In this document: in pieces, positions 27,954 to 37,149 of the stretch
Position numbering within the stretch: position 1 is the stretch's first letter
How the letters are laid out: every line of letters starts with the position of its first letter
Source: Desulfuromonas sp.
GTDB taxonomy: Bacteria; Desulfobacterota; Desulfuromonadia; Desulfuromonadales; BM501
Assembly: GCF_002868845.1 (NCBI RefSeq)
Contig: NZ_PKUB01000002.1
Span: 1,037 to 65,036 of the forward strand
DNA length: 64,000 nt
Direction of reading: 5' to 3'
The notes under the pieces: generated by a model
What the model was told of the DNA's origin: nothing
The model's database searches: none
The model's input: the letters and a program-made list of their open reading frames with translations, nothing else
Program-made: the position numbers and the translations under genes

Positions 27954-30085
27954 ACTGGGCCCTGTCCCTCGATCAGATCGCACCGCGCCAACGCCCCCTC
28001 GTCGGAGGCAAGGCATGGGCCCTCTCCCTCCTCCTCAAGTCAGGCCATTCGGTCCCCCCCGCCCTCTGCCTGACGATCGGACTCTACCGCCGCTACCTGC
28101 GGCAGACCGGCCTGGGGGACCGCATCGGCATGGAACTGGGGCGCAAGGAGATGTCCGAAATGCGCTGGGAGGAGTTGTGGGACGCCTCCCTGCGCATCCG
28201 CGCCCTGTTCCTCACCACCCCCCTGCCGAAGGAGTTGGGGAAACAGGCCGCTGCGGCCCTGGCCCCCTTCGCCGGGAAGGCGGTGGTGGTGCGCTCCTCG
28301 GCCCCGGGGGAGGACGCTCCGGGGGCCTCCTTCGCCGGCCTGCACGACTCCTTCGTCAACCTCCGGGGGACAGAGGAGATCCTCGGGGGGGTGCGCAAGG
28401 TGTGGGCCTCCCTGTGGTCGGACCGGGCCCTGCTCTACCGCCAGGAGCTGGGTTTGGCCGTGGAACGCAGCTCCATGGCCGTGCTGGTCCAGGAACTGGC
28501 GGAGGGGGAGCGCTCCGGGGTGGCCTTCAGCCGCGCCCCCGATGGCGGGGAGCGCGCCGTGGTCGAGGCGGTCTGGGGCCTCAACCAGGGCCTGGTGGAC
28601 GGCAGCGTGGAACCCGACCACTGGGAGGTGGAGCACGGCGAAACCATCGTCGCCCGCCGCGCCCCTTCCCGGGAGGCGGCCCTGCGGCCCGGCCCCGGCG
28701 GGGTGAGGAGCGAACCCCTGCCCCCGGCGCAGTCATCCATGGCGCCCCTGGCCGATGGGGAGGTGCTGCGGGTCGCCGCCGCGGCGCGGGACCTGGAAGC
28801 CCTCTCCGGCCGCCCCCAGGACGTGGAGTGGACCCTCCGCGGCGAGGAGCTGATCCTGCTCCAGGCCCGACCGATCACCACCGCCGCCGGGGACGATTCC
28901 CGCCGCTGGTACCTGAGCCTGCACCGCAGCGTGGAAAACCTGCGCCGGCTCCGCCGCAGCATCGAGGAGGAGCTGCTGCCGCGGATGGAAACCGAGGCCG
29001 CGGCCCTGGCCGTGATCGACCCGGCCGGGCTTCCCGACCGGGAGCTCGCTGCGGAAATCGGCCGCCGCCGGCAGATCGTGGCGGGGTGGGAGGAGACCTA
29101 CCGCGACAAGTGCATCCCCATGGCCCACGGCGTCCGCCTCTTCGGAACCTTCTTCAACGACGCCCTGCACCCCGAGGATCCCTTCGACTTCCTGGCCCTG
29201 CTGGGGGGGACGGGGATGCGGGCCGTCGATCGCAACCGCGGCCTCGAGCAGATGGCCGCCGCCCTGCGCCACCGCCCCGAATGGGCCGAGCACCTGCGCA
29301 GGACTCCGGAGCAGCCCTGGCCGGGCCCCCTGGAAGAGCAGCTGGAGCGGCTGCTGGCTGAATTCTTCGGTCTCCTTCCCGGCGCAACCGAAGCCGTCGC
29401 CCTGCGCCTCCGCCTCGCCCCCCTGATCCTGGAGCTTGCCCCGGCCGCCGGAGGAGACAGCGCCGCGGAAAAGACCTCTCCCGAACGACTGCGGAGAGCG
29501 TTTCTGGAGAAGTTCGAAGGGGAGCAGCGGACCATGGCCGAGGAGGTGCTCGACCTGGCCAGGGCCAGCTACAGGTTGCGCGACGACGACAACATCAGCC
29601 TCGGGAAGATCCACACCCAGCTCGCCGCAGCCGAGGACGAGGCCCGCCGGCGCCTGGCAGCCAAGCCGGTTCCGGCCCTGGAAGGACTGTTTCCGGCCGA
29701 AGAGGGGGGGCCGGGCCCGGCGCCGAGAGAGGCCCCGCGGCTGGGCCAGGTACAGGCCCGCCAGCTGCAGGGCCAGCCCGCAGGTCCCGGGGTCGCCACC
29801 GGCAGCGCCCGGGTGATCGACGAAGCGGCCGGGATGGGGACCTTCCGCTCGGGAGAAATCCTGATCTGCGACGCCATCGATCCCACCATGACCTTCCTCG
29901 CCCCCCTGGCCGCAGGGATCGTCGAGCGGCGCGGCGGCATGCTCATCCACGGTGCCATCATCGCCCGGGAGTACGGCCTTCCCTGCGTCACCGGAGTCCC
30001 CGAGGCCACCCTCCGGATCCGCACGGGAGACCGGGTCACGGTCGACGGCTACCTGGGAATCGTAACGATCTCCCGCCTGCCTTGA
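27950..30085 (+). CDS. PEP-utilising-enzyme family phosphotransferase (PpsA N-terminal ATP-grasp plus swivel His domain)
   Basis: GTGA overlap with the upstream stop. VGGKAWAL..., VVVRSSAPGEDAPGASFAGLHDSF and WASLWSDRALLYR resemble PPDK_N. The C-terminal mobile domain is GGMLIHGAIIAREYGLPCVTGV. No C-terminal TIM-barrel domain is present. Confidence 0.8.
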   Translation: MNWALSLDQIAPRQRPLVGGKAWALSLLLKSGHSVPPALCLTIGLYRRYLRQTGLGDRIGMELGRKEMSEMRWEELWDASLRIRALFLTTPLPKELGKQAAAALAPFAGKAVVVRSSAPGEDAPGASFAGLHDSFVNLRGTEEILGGVRKVWASLWSDRALLYRQELGLAVERSSMAVLVQELAEGERSGVAFSRAPDGGERAVVEAVWGLNQGLVDGSVEPDHWEVEHGETIVARRAPSREAALRPGPGGVRSEPLPPAQSSMAPLADGEVLRVAAAARDLEALSGRPQDVEWTLRGEELILLQARPITTAAGDDSRRWYLSLHRSVENLRRLRRSIEEELLPRMETEAAALAVIDPAGLPDRELAAEIGRRRQIVAGWEETYRDKCIPMAHGVRLFGTFFNDALHPEDPFDFLALLGGTGMRAVDRNRGLEQMAAALRHRPEWAEHLRRTPEQPWPGPLEEQLERLLAEFFGLLPGATEAVALRLRLAPLILELAPAAGGDSAAEKTSPERLRRAFLEKFEGEQRTMAEEVLDLARASYRLRDDDNISLGKIHTQLAAAEDEARRRLAAKPVPALEGLFPAEEGGPGPAPREAPRLGQVQARQLQGQPAGPGVATGSARVIDEAAGMGTFRSGEILICDAIDPTMTFLAPLAAGIVERRGGMLIHGAIIAREYGLPCVTGVPEATLRIRTGDRVTVDGYLGIVTISRLP

Positions 30086-30551
30086 GGGGTTACAACGTCC
30101 AGGGCCCTATGGCTTGCGGACCGATAGAGTCCGGCCAATAGGCTTGCAGGGCCCCCGACATAAACGCCGTGTCCTTTCCCCTGGGGAACCTCCTGTTAAA
30201 ATTGCAGGACAGACTGAAACGGGGCAATCACGGACGTTGCGAAACGGGCAGGGAGGCAGGGATGCTTGAGCTCTGGTCACGCAAACTCTTCGCAAGGGCG
30301 TGGGCCAGCGCCGAGCACTTCTCCAGCAGCCCTTGCGCGATTGGAGTGAATTTCACTCCCCGGCCCGCGCCCCCCTGCCCGTCCGGCATCAAATACAAAC
30401 GCCCGGCAGCTTACGCTGTCGGGCGTTGTCATTTGAACACTTCCGATACGGGGGAGGGTTTCCCGGCGCGAATCACGGCGCCATCGCCCCGGAGCCAGCG
30501 AACCGTTATCGTCGCCCTCCCCTCCGGAGTTGCACCGGGTTCTCCTGCTGC

Positions 30552-30677
30552 CTAGCGGCCCGGGGGCAGCAGGCCCTGCTGGTCCCAACCCTGAGCCAGG
30601 CGGCGCATGGTGCGGTAGGCATTTTGTTTCAGGCCTATTTGCAGATCGTGAAAAATGGTGTTCAGCTTTCTTGCCAT
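30552..30677 (-). CDS. 41-aa hypothetical small protein
   Basis: Below the ORF-track length cut-off. ATG 30677 is preceded by AAAGGAGA (5-nt spacer). Sequence: MARKLNTIFHDLQIGLKQNAYRTMRRLAQGWDQQGLLPPGR. Third-position GC is moderately high. Confidence 0.35.
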   Translation of the reverse strand: MARKLNTIFHDLQIGLKQNAYRTMRRLAQGWDQQGLLPPGR

Positions 30678-31165
30678 GACGGTCTCCTTTTGCTATGCCC
30701 TGCGGACAGGCCGCCCCGCGCCACGGGACGGCTCCAAACCTGGCTCAATGGTATGACCACACAAACGGCCTGTCAATACCCGAAAATTCGTAAAATACTG
30801 TTTTTAAAAGATTTTCCTGCATAAAGGTTCAAAATCACAACGCCTTCCCCTCGGCGGGTGAACAAAAAAAATCGAAAAAAATTACACCCATGGAAATTTG
30901 GAACATCGTCTTGTAACCCGAAACACCTTTGACGCCGAACATGTAAAGAAAGCGCGGTTTTTCCACCGGTTACAGGAGCTTCCCGTTGACAACCCTCTTT
31001 AATTAATATAAAAAAAAGGAGACGCTCGCCATTTTTAAAGGGGCCGTGGGGAGAAGGCATGGAAATGAATGCCTGGACAGAAACCGCCGGAGCCTGCTGA
31101 GAGCTGAATAGGTTGCTTTTTGTCAACCGCCAAACCGGAAAGCCGGCAGCAAGGAGGGGACCCGC

Positions 31166-31828
31166 ATGAATGCGTACGCACGAGACCCGCTGGAGGATCT
31201 GCAACACCTGGAGGACGGGCAGAAGATGGCCATCGAGTTTGCCGCACGGGCGGGAGGAACCATGCGGGTCGCCTGCAGGGCGCGGCCGACCGGTCTCCCC
31301 TGTTTTGAGGCCGAGGCATTCCCCGGCCCCCTCCCCCTCGAATCCATCGCCCTGGACAAACCCTGCCTGGTCACCCTGGCCGGACAGGGCAGCGACCCGC
31401 CGGTGAGCGCCCGCATCGAAGAGGTCCTTGACGGGGGGCGCCTCCGACTGGCCGTGCTCTACGGGGGGGACTTCCCCAGCCGACGGATCTTCTTTCGGGT
31501 GGAGACCCGGCTCTTCCTGAGCTTCCGGCTCATCACCCCGGAGGGGGAGAGCGAACCGATCGAGGTCCTTGGGGGATGGGGAGACATCAGCGGCGGCGGC
31601 GTCTATTTCCCATCCGAACGGGAGCTGGCCATGGACCAGAGGCTGCGGTTGCACATCCGCCTGCCACAAGCCACGGTCGAATGCATCGGGACCGTGGTGC
31701 GCACCGGTCGGCAACACCCTCTTTTCTCCGCCGCGGTGCGCATTGACGAGATCACCGCCTCCAACCTGGCACGGATCAATGCCTTCTGCCACGCCGAACG
31801 CCGCCGGGAATTCTCCGCGGCCGGTTAG
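31166..31828 (+). CDS. PilZ-domain c-di-GMP-binding protein
   Basis: 220 aa. RRIFFRVE (RxxxR) and DISGGGV (D/NxSxxG) motifs at canonical spacing in the C-terminal half. RBS AAGGAGGGG. Confidence 0.75.
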   Translation: MNAYARDPLEDLQHLEDGQKMAIEFAARAGGTMRVACRARPTGLPCFEAEAFPGPLPLESIALDKPCLVTLAGQGSDPPVSARIEEVLDGGRLRLAVLYGGDFPSRRIFFRVETRLFLSFRLITPEGESEPIEVLGGWGDISGGGVYFPSERELAMDQRLRLHIRLPQATVECIGTVVRTGRQHPLFSAAVRIDEITASNLARINAFCHAERRREFSAAG

Positions 31829-32036
31829 GGCGCTCCCCGGCCGGTCGGCTCAAAGGGACCGCCTTGCGAGGCCCGCGGCATCTTGAGGCCTCCCCTCACT
31901 TCTTGGCCTGATTCCTGCTTTCTCATTGAGACATCTCCGGAGCACAGTGCCGTGCTCCCTGCCCGCAACGAAGCCCCCGGGGAATATTCTCCGCGGGCTT
32001 TTCTGTTCCCAGCTCTGCGACAAGGGAGAGAATTCG

Positions 32037-32270
32037 ATGAAAGCGAAGACATTCGAGGCCAGTTGGCTGCCCGCCGAGCAGGCGGCCAAGGTGCTGCACA
32101 CAACCCATCTCAAGGTGCTCATGCTGATCAAACGGGGGCTGCTCTGCGGTCGCGACATCGACGGCACCTGGCAGGTCAGCATGGCGAGCCTGGAGGCCTT
32201 CTGCCGCCAGGAGCCGAACGACAGAGCGGTGATCAAGGGCACCTGCGGCGGCTGCTCCGCTTGCGGCTAA
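32037..32270 (+). CDS. small helix-turn-helix (excisionase/MerR-superfamily-like) protein with a Cys-rich tail
   Basis: Internal ATG of ORF 31926..32270 after GGGAGAG. LPAEQAAKVLHTTHLKVLMLIKRGLL is HTH-like. The C-terminus is GTCGGCSACG. Confidence 0.45.
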   Translation: MKAKTFEASWLPAEQAAKVLHTTHLKVLMLIKRGLLCGRDIDGTWQVSMASLEAFCRQEPNDRAVIKGTCGGCSACG

Positions 32271-32303
32271 GGCCTGCTTAAAAGAAAGGCACAAAGGGGA
32301 GTC

Positions 32304-32615
32304 ATGGGCATAATAATCAAACCCTCGGACCTGCAGTTCAGATACCCCCGGAAAAAAGAAACCCGCGAACGGCCCAAATTAAAAGGCAAGCCCGACCCGA
32401 ACCCCTTCGACCGGGACGACCTCTACGAAGTCATCCCCATGTTCGAAGCGGTGATGAACGCTCTCGAGACCATCGACGGCCAGGTGCTGCACCGCATGGA
32501 GGAGGTCCTCAACGAGGATGTCCCCCTGTTCGTCACCTCCCGGGAAGAGGTCTTCGACTGTCTGCTCGGCACTATGGAGGGAATCCTCGGCGCCTGCCGG
32601 CGGCAGGCCGGATGA
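32304..32615 (+). CDS. hypothetical protein
   Basis: 103 aa. RBS GGGGAG. ATGA overlap with the next gene. No family recognised. Confidence 0.5.
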   Translation: MGIIIKPSDLQFRYPRKKETRERPKLKGKPDPNPFDRDDLYEVIPMFEAVMNALETIDGQVLHRMEEVLNEDVPLFVTSREEVFDCLLGTMEGILGACRRQAG

Positions 32616-33055
32616 GCAGCGGCGGGACGATAGAGATCCGCGGCGAACTGTGGGATCACCTCGGCAGGGCGATCCTCGCGATCACCACCTGCGGCCGGGT
32701 GAGCAAGCGGGGCGAGGCGGTCATGCTGCGCGGCTGCGCCCGCCAGGCCAGGGACCGATTCCCCGGGTTGGCGCAGCGGTTCGGAGCGCTGATCCTCTCC
32801 GGCGGCAACCACGTCTACGACATGGGAGACGGCATGGTCAGCTTCCCTGTGGAGGACGACCCCTTCGGCATCGCCGAGCCGCGCCTCATCGAACAGTCCT
32901 GCCGGGAGCTGGTGAGCCTGGCGAACCAGAAGGGATGGAAGCGGATCGTCGTGCCGCGCCCCGGCTGCGGCGGGGGCGGACTGGAATGGGCGCAGGTGCG
33001 GCCGATCCTGGAGAGGCATTTCGACGAACGGTTCCTGGTCATTTCGGCGAGGTGA
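32612..33055 (+). CDS. macro-domain-like (ADP-ribose-binding) protein, tentative
   Basis: 147 aa. The pattern ITTCG.V...GEAVMLRGCARQARDRFPGL...FPV...IVVPRPGCGGGGLEWAQVRPIL resembles small phage/bacterial macro-like proteins as I recall them. Not verified. Confidence 0.5.
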   Translation: MSSGGTIEIRGELWDHLGRAILAITTCGRVSKRGEAVMLRGCARQARDRFPGLAQRFGALILSGGNHVYDMGDGMVSFPVEDDPFGIAEPRLIEQSCRELVSLANQKGWKRIVVPRPGCGGGGLEWAQVRPILERHFDERFLVISAR

Positions 33056-33183
33056 GCGAAGCTGCTGCAAAGACCTCGGAGCCTCCTCCGTGTCTCCGCG
33101 CTCCAGAGGCAAACGCCGGTGCCCATTCTCCCCGATGGACCAAAACAGACAGGCCTGGTCCGGGCCGACGAAAGGAAGAAGCG

Positions 33184-33612
33184 ATGCAAACGGCGAAACG
33201 CGGCGACCGGGTAACCGTGCAGTACATCGGCACCCTCGACAACGGCCGGATATTCGACAGCACCACCGACGAGACCCCCCTGGTCTTCACCATTGGCGCC
33301 GAGGAGGTCTTCCCGGCCCTTGAACGGGAAGTGGTCGGCATGAAGGCAGGCGAGACGAGGAATATCCTCCTCCCCGCCGACAAGGCCTACGGGCCCCGCC
33401 GGGAGGAGAACGTCCTGACCCTGAGGCGCGAGGCGTTCCCGGCGGACAGGGAGATCAAGGTCGGCCAGAAGCTGAGCCTCGAGTTCAAGGACGGCAAGGA
33501 GAGGGTGATGCTGGTGACGCGGGTCGGTGAGGGAGAGGTGACCCTCGACGGCAACCACCCCCTGGCGGGAATGGACCTGACCTTCGCACTGCGCCTGGAC
33601 GGGATCGATTGA
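33184..33612 (+). CDS. FKBP-type peptidyl-prolyl cis-trans isomerase (SlyD-like)
   Basis: 142 aa. GDRVTVQYIGTLDNGRIFDST, an insert-in-flap region, and TLDGNHPLAGMDLTF. Confidence 0.85.
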   Translation: MQTAKRGDRVTVQYIGTLDNGRIFDSTTDETPLVFTIGAEEVFPALEREVVGMKAGETRNILLPADKAYGPRREENVLTLRREAFPADREIKVGQKLSLEFKDGKERVMLVTRVGEGEVTLDGNHPLAGMDLTFALRLDGID

Positions 33613-33637
33613 GCGGAGCGGTCGAAAGGATGACGAT

Positions 33638-33931
33638 TTGAACCAAGAGAATAAAAAGACGGACCGCTACGTCTCCTTCGCGGGGATCGATTGCACGGGA
33701 AACTCCAGAAAACTGATGGCGATGCTGCTGGGGCACATCGGCGATGCGCCCAATTCCGACCCCTTCTGGGAAAAGTTCAGGACCAAGCTCGAGAGGGCCG
33801 GAACGCCCGGGAACCCGGACGAACTGTTCCTGATCCACGCCTACATCAACAACATCCGGGAGTTTTTCGAAGCATGCGACGACCGGGACGCGCTGGCCCT
33901 TCTCGACCAGATCGAGAAGGAGTGCTGCTAG
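33638..33931 (+). CDS. cowN: N2-fixation sustaining protein CowN
   Basis: 97 aa. DRYVSFAGIDC hallmark, FWEKFRTKL, DELFLIHAYINNIREFFEA, and a C-terminal ...IEKECC. TTG start as given in the ORF track. Confidence 0.78.
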   Translation: MNQENKKTDRYVSFAGIDCTGNSRKLMAMLLGHIGDAPNSDPFWEKFRTKLERAGTPGNPDELFLIHAYINNIREFFEACDDRDALALLDQIEKECC

Positions 33932-33955
33932 GCTTCAGGTGGAGAGCCCGAGTGC

Positions 33956-34606
33956 CTAGATCTCATGCAGATCGATCATCTCCTCCCCCATGACATACCC
34001 GGTCTTCGCCATTCGCGAAGCGTTGGCGAGCTTGGCGACGATTTCGCGGATCTTTCCCAGCTCCTCCCGGATCTCCGCCAGGTGCCCCCTGACCGCTCCT
34101 CCATGGCCGGAAAGTCCCCTTTCCGCCAGGTGCAGGCGGCCGAAGATGGCGGTCAGCGGGTTGTTGAGTTCGTGGCTGATGGCCACCGCCATCTCCTGGA
34201 GCAGCTTCAAGCGTTCGAGATCCAGCGCAAGCCGCTTCTCCCGCCGGGAGGCGAGGTGCAGATTCACCCGCGCCAACAGCTCGCCTGGATAAAAGGGCTT
34301 GACGATATAGTCGTCCGCCCCCGCCTCGAACCCCTTGACCTTCTCCCCTTCCGCGTCGAGGGACGTGATAAAGACGACCGGCACCTCGCGGGTCGTTTCG
34401 TCCTGTTTCAGCAAGCGGCAGACCTCGTAGCCGTCCATTTTCGGCAGGTAGATATCGAGCAGGATCAGGTCGGGCGGCTCCCGGCGGGCGGCGTCAATGC
34501 CCGACGGCCCGTCGTCCCTGAGGTCAAGCCGGTAGCGCTCCTGAAGGATCTCTTCAAGCTGGGCCTGAACGACCTTGCTGTCCTCGATGGCGAGTATTCT
34601 TTCCAA
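33956..34606 (-). CDS. response-regulator receiver fused to a HisKA/DHp domain (no ATPase domain)
   Basis: 216 aa. REC (LILLDIYLPKMDG...DYIVKPF), then the H-box SHELNNPLTAIFG. It ends without an HATPase_c domain. Confidence 0.8.
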   Translation of the reverse strand: MERILAIEDSKVVQAQLEEILQERYRLDLRDDGPSGIDAARREPPDLILLDIYLPKMDGYEVCRLLKQDETTREVPVVFITSLDAEGEKVKGFEAGADDYIVKPFYPGELLARVNLHLASRREKRLALDLERLKLLQEMAVAISHELNNPLTAIFGRLHLAERGLSGHGGAVRGHLAEIREELGKIREIVAKLANASRMAKTGYVMGEEMIDLHEI

Positions 34607-34713
34607 CGGCGTCTCCCCCGAATAAATATCTGGTTATGCACTTCGCTCACATTGAGCTCCGACAGGCTGCAGGAACTTGCCATCGGGCAGAGCGACAGGG
34701 ACGATTGTAATCA

Positions 34714-34771
34714 AAATCGGCTTCTCGCCCGTTCGCATTCGCTCACTCGAGCCGCAAAGCCGCAAAGAAAA
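34714..34771 (+). repeat. intergenic repeat family 2, copy A
   Basis: AAATCGGCTTCTCGCCCGTTCGCATTCGCTCACTCGAGCCGCAAAG... A second copy with a few substitutions lies at 56974..57024. Confidence 0.75.
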
Positions 34772-34898
34772 ACCCTGAAATTCGTCTTGTTCCCCTTTTG
34801 CGACAGCCAATGGCCCTTGTTCTGCGACCAATCATCATTATCGTTATTTGTTGCTGGCGCACAACCAAACAAGATTCAATAACCAACGGCACGGGATT

Positions 34899-36146
34899 CT
34901 AACTCCGAACCCGGTTGCGGCCACCGCTTTTTGCCCGGTACAGGGCCCGGTCGGCGTCCTTGATCACCTGGGAAGCGGGCACCTTTTCCCCCTGGCTCTC
35001 GGCAACCCCGATACTCACCGTGACGGAAAGCCTTTTCCGCCCCGCCTTGCTCGGCTTGACCGGGGGCTTGTCTTTCGGACGGCTGCGATGGCGAACAACG
35101 AACCCCGATCCGGCGACCGCCTCCCGGAGCCCCTCCAGGCGGGGCAGGACCTCCTCGGCCGACCTGCCGGCAAAGAGGAGTGTGAATTCCTCCCCGCCAT
35201 AGCGAAAGGCCCTGCCGCCCCCGCCGACGGCCGCCAGCCTGACGGCGACCATCTTCAGCACCTGGTCGCCCACATCGTGGCCGTAACGGTCGTTGACCTT
35301 CTTGAAATGGTCGATATCGACCATCGCCAGGGTATAGCGTCTCCCGAGCCGGAGCAGGGCCTCGCTAAGGGCCCTCCGCCCCGGGAGCCCGGTGAGTTCG
35401 TCGCGAAAAGCCATGCGGTGGGATGTTTCGACGACCCCCACAACCAGGATCAGGCCGGCCGTGGCAAACCACCAGCTGAGGGTGTACCCGGTCACCCCCC
35501 CGGCAAGGGGGAGCCACGCCGCCGGCAGCGCCCAGAGAAATCCCCCCTCGAAGGCCGCCGGGCGGCGCAGAAAACGCACGAGCAGATAGGCCATCCCGAG
35601 CGCGAAAGCGAGCAGGGATAATTGGGGCAGGGGAATCCCCTCGAGAAGGGGAAGATCGACGAGAGGACGACGTATCCACTCCGGAACCTCGGCGTAATCC
35701 GAACGGTACAGCCCGGCAAGGAGAACGGGCTGGGCCGCGAGCGCCCCGAGGCGCAACAGCCCCGAGGGGGTGAATATCCCCCGCTCGACCAGGGCCGAAA
35801 GGACGGCCAGGTTGAGAGGCAGCAGCAGAGCAACGGCGTCCCGGACGATCCGCCCGCTCTCGCCTGAGAGCCCGAGAGCGAGCGCCCGGTCTGCCAGGGC
35901 CAGGAACAGCAGAACGAAGACCAGGCGGCTGCGGTTGAAACGCCACCCGAGAAGAAGGCCGATGCCGAGGACCAGGAAGGGATAAAAGGGCAGAAAGGCC
36001 TGCACCCGGCCCGGCAGCTGCATTCCGTGAAAAAGCACCACCGCCGCGGCGGCCAACACCCCGCCGGGGACGAAGAGTTGCCAAGCGATTTTCCAGACCG
36101 AACCCCGCATGCCGCCTAAGGTAAGCCAAGAGGCAGGGACCGGCAA
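34899..36146 (-). CDS. membrane-anchored GGDEF diguanylate cyclase
   Basis: 415 aa. About 6 predicted TM helices, then a GGDEF domain (DELTGLPGRRAL...DIDHFKKVNDRYGHDVGD...RYGGEEFTLLF). The start is uncertain (TTG 36146 or ATG 36110). Confidence 0.85.
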   Translation of the reverse strand: MPVPASWLTLGGMRGSVWKIAWQLFVPGGVLAAAAVVLFHGMQLPGRVQAFLPFYPFLVLGIGLLLGWRFNRSRLVFVLLFLALADRALALGLSGESGRIVRDAVALLLPLNLAVLSALVERGIFTPSGLLRLGALAAQPVLLAGLYRSDYAEVPEWIRRPLVDLPLLEGIPLPQLSLLAFALGMAYLLVRFLRRPAAFEGGFLWALPAAWLPLAGGVTGYTLSWWFATAGLILVVGVVETSHRMAFRDELTGLPGRRALSEALLRLGRRYTLAMVDIDHFKKVNDRYGHDVGDQVLKMVAVRLAAVGGGGRAFRYGGEEFTLLFAGRSAEEVLPRLEGLREAVAGSGFVVRHRSRPKDKPPVKPSKAGRKRLSVTVSIGVAESQGEKVPASQVIKDADRALYRAKSGGRNRVRS

Positions 36147-36236
36147 GAAAATTCACACCCATCCCCGCAACCGCTTCGTTCTAAAGAGTGGTACGGAAGG
36201 TGACCTTTTTCCACAGGAGGAGAGAGGAAAGGCACC

Positions 36237-36447
36237 ATGCAAACCTTCGACGATGAAAAACCCCGTAAGGACATCGAGACCGAAAAAAACACACCGTCCT
36301 GAACACAAAAACCAACGAAACCGGCAAAGTGCTGATGTGCAACCACGGCTACTTCAATCTAAAGGTCGGTAAGGGTTCGGGAGTCTGGTCGATCGAGAGC
36401 TGCGAGGAGATCACCCCCAAAGGGGCCAAGAAACGTTCGCTGAAATA
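36237..36447 (+). CDS. small protein gene that needs a -1 shift at A_AAA_AAC (36284-36290) to be read through
   Basis: The strong RBS GGAGGAGAGAGGAAAGG sits 5 nt before ATG 36237. Frame 0 stops after 21 codons. The -1 frame is coding-like (GC3-rich) from 36290 to TAA 36447 and has no RBS or early start of its own. A terminator follows at about 36575-36600. Confidence 0.35.
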
Positions 36448-36756
36448 AAGGTGAGGGTGGAGTGTGATCCCCACGTTCCCCATCGAGGATTTCCGTTTCC
36501 CGGCAGGAACAAAGGATGGTGAAACGGGAGCGGCCGGCCGGGGTCTTCACCTCGACCGGCCAGAAACAAAGAGGGCGGTCATGCCGTCGCCTTTTTTACT
36601 TGTTCCCGGCCCCTGAACCGGCCCAACCCGCCCCCTGAGTCGCACCCGGAACCGCTCGGTCCACGGCAGGCCCTCCCCCTCTTGCATTGGCGTCCGCGTA
36701 TGGTAGGAGTTAAGGAGCAAGCCGAACGTCACCATTAACCAAAGAGGGAGGACACC

Positions 36757-36957
36757 ATGTCTGTTGCCAAGGTCATCGAAATCCATTCCGAAGGAAAATC
36801 CATCGAGGCGGCCGCCGAGGCGGCCCTGATCGAAACGGCCCGGTCCGTCGACGGCATCATGAACCTCTACCTTCAGGACATCCAGGCCATCGTGGAGGAC
36901 AACAGGATCATCAAGTACCGGCTCAATGCCAAGGTGACCTTCCTCGTCCAGTCCTGA
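36757..36957 (+). CDS. dodecin-family flavin-binding protein
   Basis: 66 aa. VAKVIEIHSEGKSIEAAAEAAL...IVEDNRIIKYRLNAKVTF is the typical dodecin pattern. RBS GAGGGAGGA. Confidence 0.8.
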   Translation: MSVAKVIEIHSEGKSIEAAAEAALIETARSVDGIMNLYLQDIQAIVEDNRIIKYRLNAKVTFLVQS

Positions 36958-37081
36958 CGGGCGGCGCCACGACCGAGAGCACGAAAGGGAGACCTCCCAA
37001 GCCCCTCCCTTGCCCTTTCAGAAACAGCTGGGAATTCAGGAGGCCCTCGCCAAGAAAGGGCCTCCGCCCCTCCGTGAATAC

Positions 37082-37116
37082 AGAAAGGCGGACCGTGCGG
37101 GTCCGCCTTTCTTTTT
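37082..37116. terminator. bidirectional intrinsic terminator
   Basis: AGAAAGGCGGAC-loop-GTCCGCCTTTCTTTTT between the convergent dodecin and hemerythrin genes. Confidence 0.75.
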
Positions 37117-37149
37117 CAGCAGGTCTTCCTATCGAGGGGAAGTCTCCGG

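Noticed and set aside
30086-30551. Possible gene or sRNA in the 470-nt gap after the PpsA-like gene (43-codon GTG ORF; hairpin AACGCCCGGCAG/CTGTCGGGCGTT at about 30390-30420)
   Set aside because: There is no convincing RBS or family signature. Only the hairpin is clear, and it may simply terminate minus-strand transcription.
30986-31012. TTGACA ... TATAAA as a promoter for the PilZ operon
   Set aside because: The spacer is only 15 nt, and the alternatives give poor -10 hexamers. Left uncalled.
36300-36335. Selenocysteine decoding of the two TGA codons in the small gene (selU is in the window)
   Set aside because: No SECIS-like hairpin follows either TGA. The coding signal continues in the -1 frame, not in frame 0.
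36450-36756. FMN or cobalamin riboswitch upstream of the dodecin gene (GGTGAAACGGGAG segment)
   Set aside because: I could not recognise the conserved cores of either riboswitch class. Part of the region is better explained as the terminator of the upstream small gene.
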